Below are positions 63,052 to 64,000 of a stretch of DNA of 64,000 bases, piece after piece. Within the stretch, counting starts at the first letter, position 1. Each line of letters starts with the position of its first letter. Made by a program: the position numbers and the translations under genes. The stretch comes from the human T2T-CHM13v2.0 reference genome, Homo sapiens. Below the pieces are notes generated by a model. It saw nothing but the letters and a program-made list of their open reading frames with translations. It was not told where the DNA came from and did not search any database. The stretch is from NCBI RefSeq assembly GCF_009914755.1, contig NC_060932.1. One strand, given 5' to 3'.

Positions 63052-64000
63052 TAGTTTATTTACTGTTTTTCAAGAATTGATGTGATTTAATCTATTTTAG
63101 TGCTTTACAATTAGATACCGTCTTCCATGTTTATTTCACTGATGTCCTAGTTTTATTGACAAAATAATGCATTTTCTCCTATGTGTTTAAATTTCTGAAA
63201 GAATGTAGTGTGATGGAGGCTGTGTTTAAACTCCTATCTGAAATACTAATGAGGCTGTATAACAAAGTCATTCATGTATTTAAGAGAGATCTGTTGTGTA
63301 CCTGCGATGTGCCAGGCACTGTGCTAGTGCTAGAGACACGTCAGTAAGCACAGCAGACAAAGGTGCTGCCTTTGTGGAGCTTCGTGGAGAGCGTGGGCCA
63401 TGGAGTCAACAGACCTGGGCTACTCTGCTCCTTGCTCCTTTCTTGCTGGGTTACTTTGAACATATTACTTAACCTCTCTAACCTTGATGTTTTTCCCATC
63501 TATATAATTGTGTGTATCAGGATCAGGTTCGGCTGCATGTAGGGGTGGCTTACACCTGCAGAGGTTTATTCTCTCATATAAAAAGTTTCAAGGTGAGTAA
63601 TGGAGGGCTGATCGGTTGATTGTCCAGCATGGAGCTCCGGCCCTGCAGGCCAGGAAGTGATGGCTAGAGCACCAAGCATCATCTTGGATGAGAAAGGGGA
63701 GGCGTGGAAGCAAAAGGGCATGTGTTCCAGCTGTGAGTCAGCTCCCTTTAAACAGCCTTCCTGAAAGTTCCACACGACCCTTCTCTGTGTGTCTCATGGC
63801 TAAGACAATCTCATGGACACATCAAGCTGCAAGGGAGTTTGGGAGTTGTAGTCTTAGCTGGTTGCATTGCAGCCGCTAATGAGATCAGGGTTCTATTACA
63901 AGGAAAAAGAGGAGAAGAGATATTGGATGGCAATGAGCAATTTTCATAACATGCAAAATAGTAGTATCTACCTCCTAGGTTTCTTGAAAGAAAACATGAA

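Overview
This is human (or very closely related primate) genomic DNA, Alu-dense, recognisable as the LEPROTL1 - MBOAT4 - DCTN6 locus (8p12 by recall). It contains LEPROTL1 exons 2-4 and 3'UTR (+), the complete three-exon MBOAT4/ghrelin O-acyltransferase gene (-; 119+225+964 = 1308 nt, 435 aa), and the CpG-island promoter and first two exons of DCTN6 (+). Intervening DNA holds ~50 Alu copies, an RPS15A processed pseudogene, a 4.8-kb internally deleted HERV-K(HML-3)/MER9 provirus just upstream of MBOAT4, solo LTRs (LTR5, LTR8, THE1/MST, MLT1/2, MER21, MER34-like) and DNA-transposon MITEs. Three observations stand out. (1) LEPROTL1 has an in-frame distal terminal exon inside MBOAT4 intron 2, antisense to it, with a likely poly(A) signal in an LTR8, plus a second in-frame antisense acceptor over MBOAT4 exon 3. 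(2) A series of GT-AG-bounded, stop-interrupted minus-strand segments at 23.7-29.6 kb may be the remains of a lost multi-exon membrane-protein gene; this is speculative. (3) There are several regulatory or repair oddities: a GATA motif at the TATA position of MBOAT4, an exon-1-like duplicate in DCTN6, and a templated insertion. No prokaryotic-type system (CRISPR etc.) is present. Most ORFs in the supplied track are Alu or antisense artefacts. Repeat family names come from recall of consensus sequences, not from a database search.
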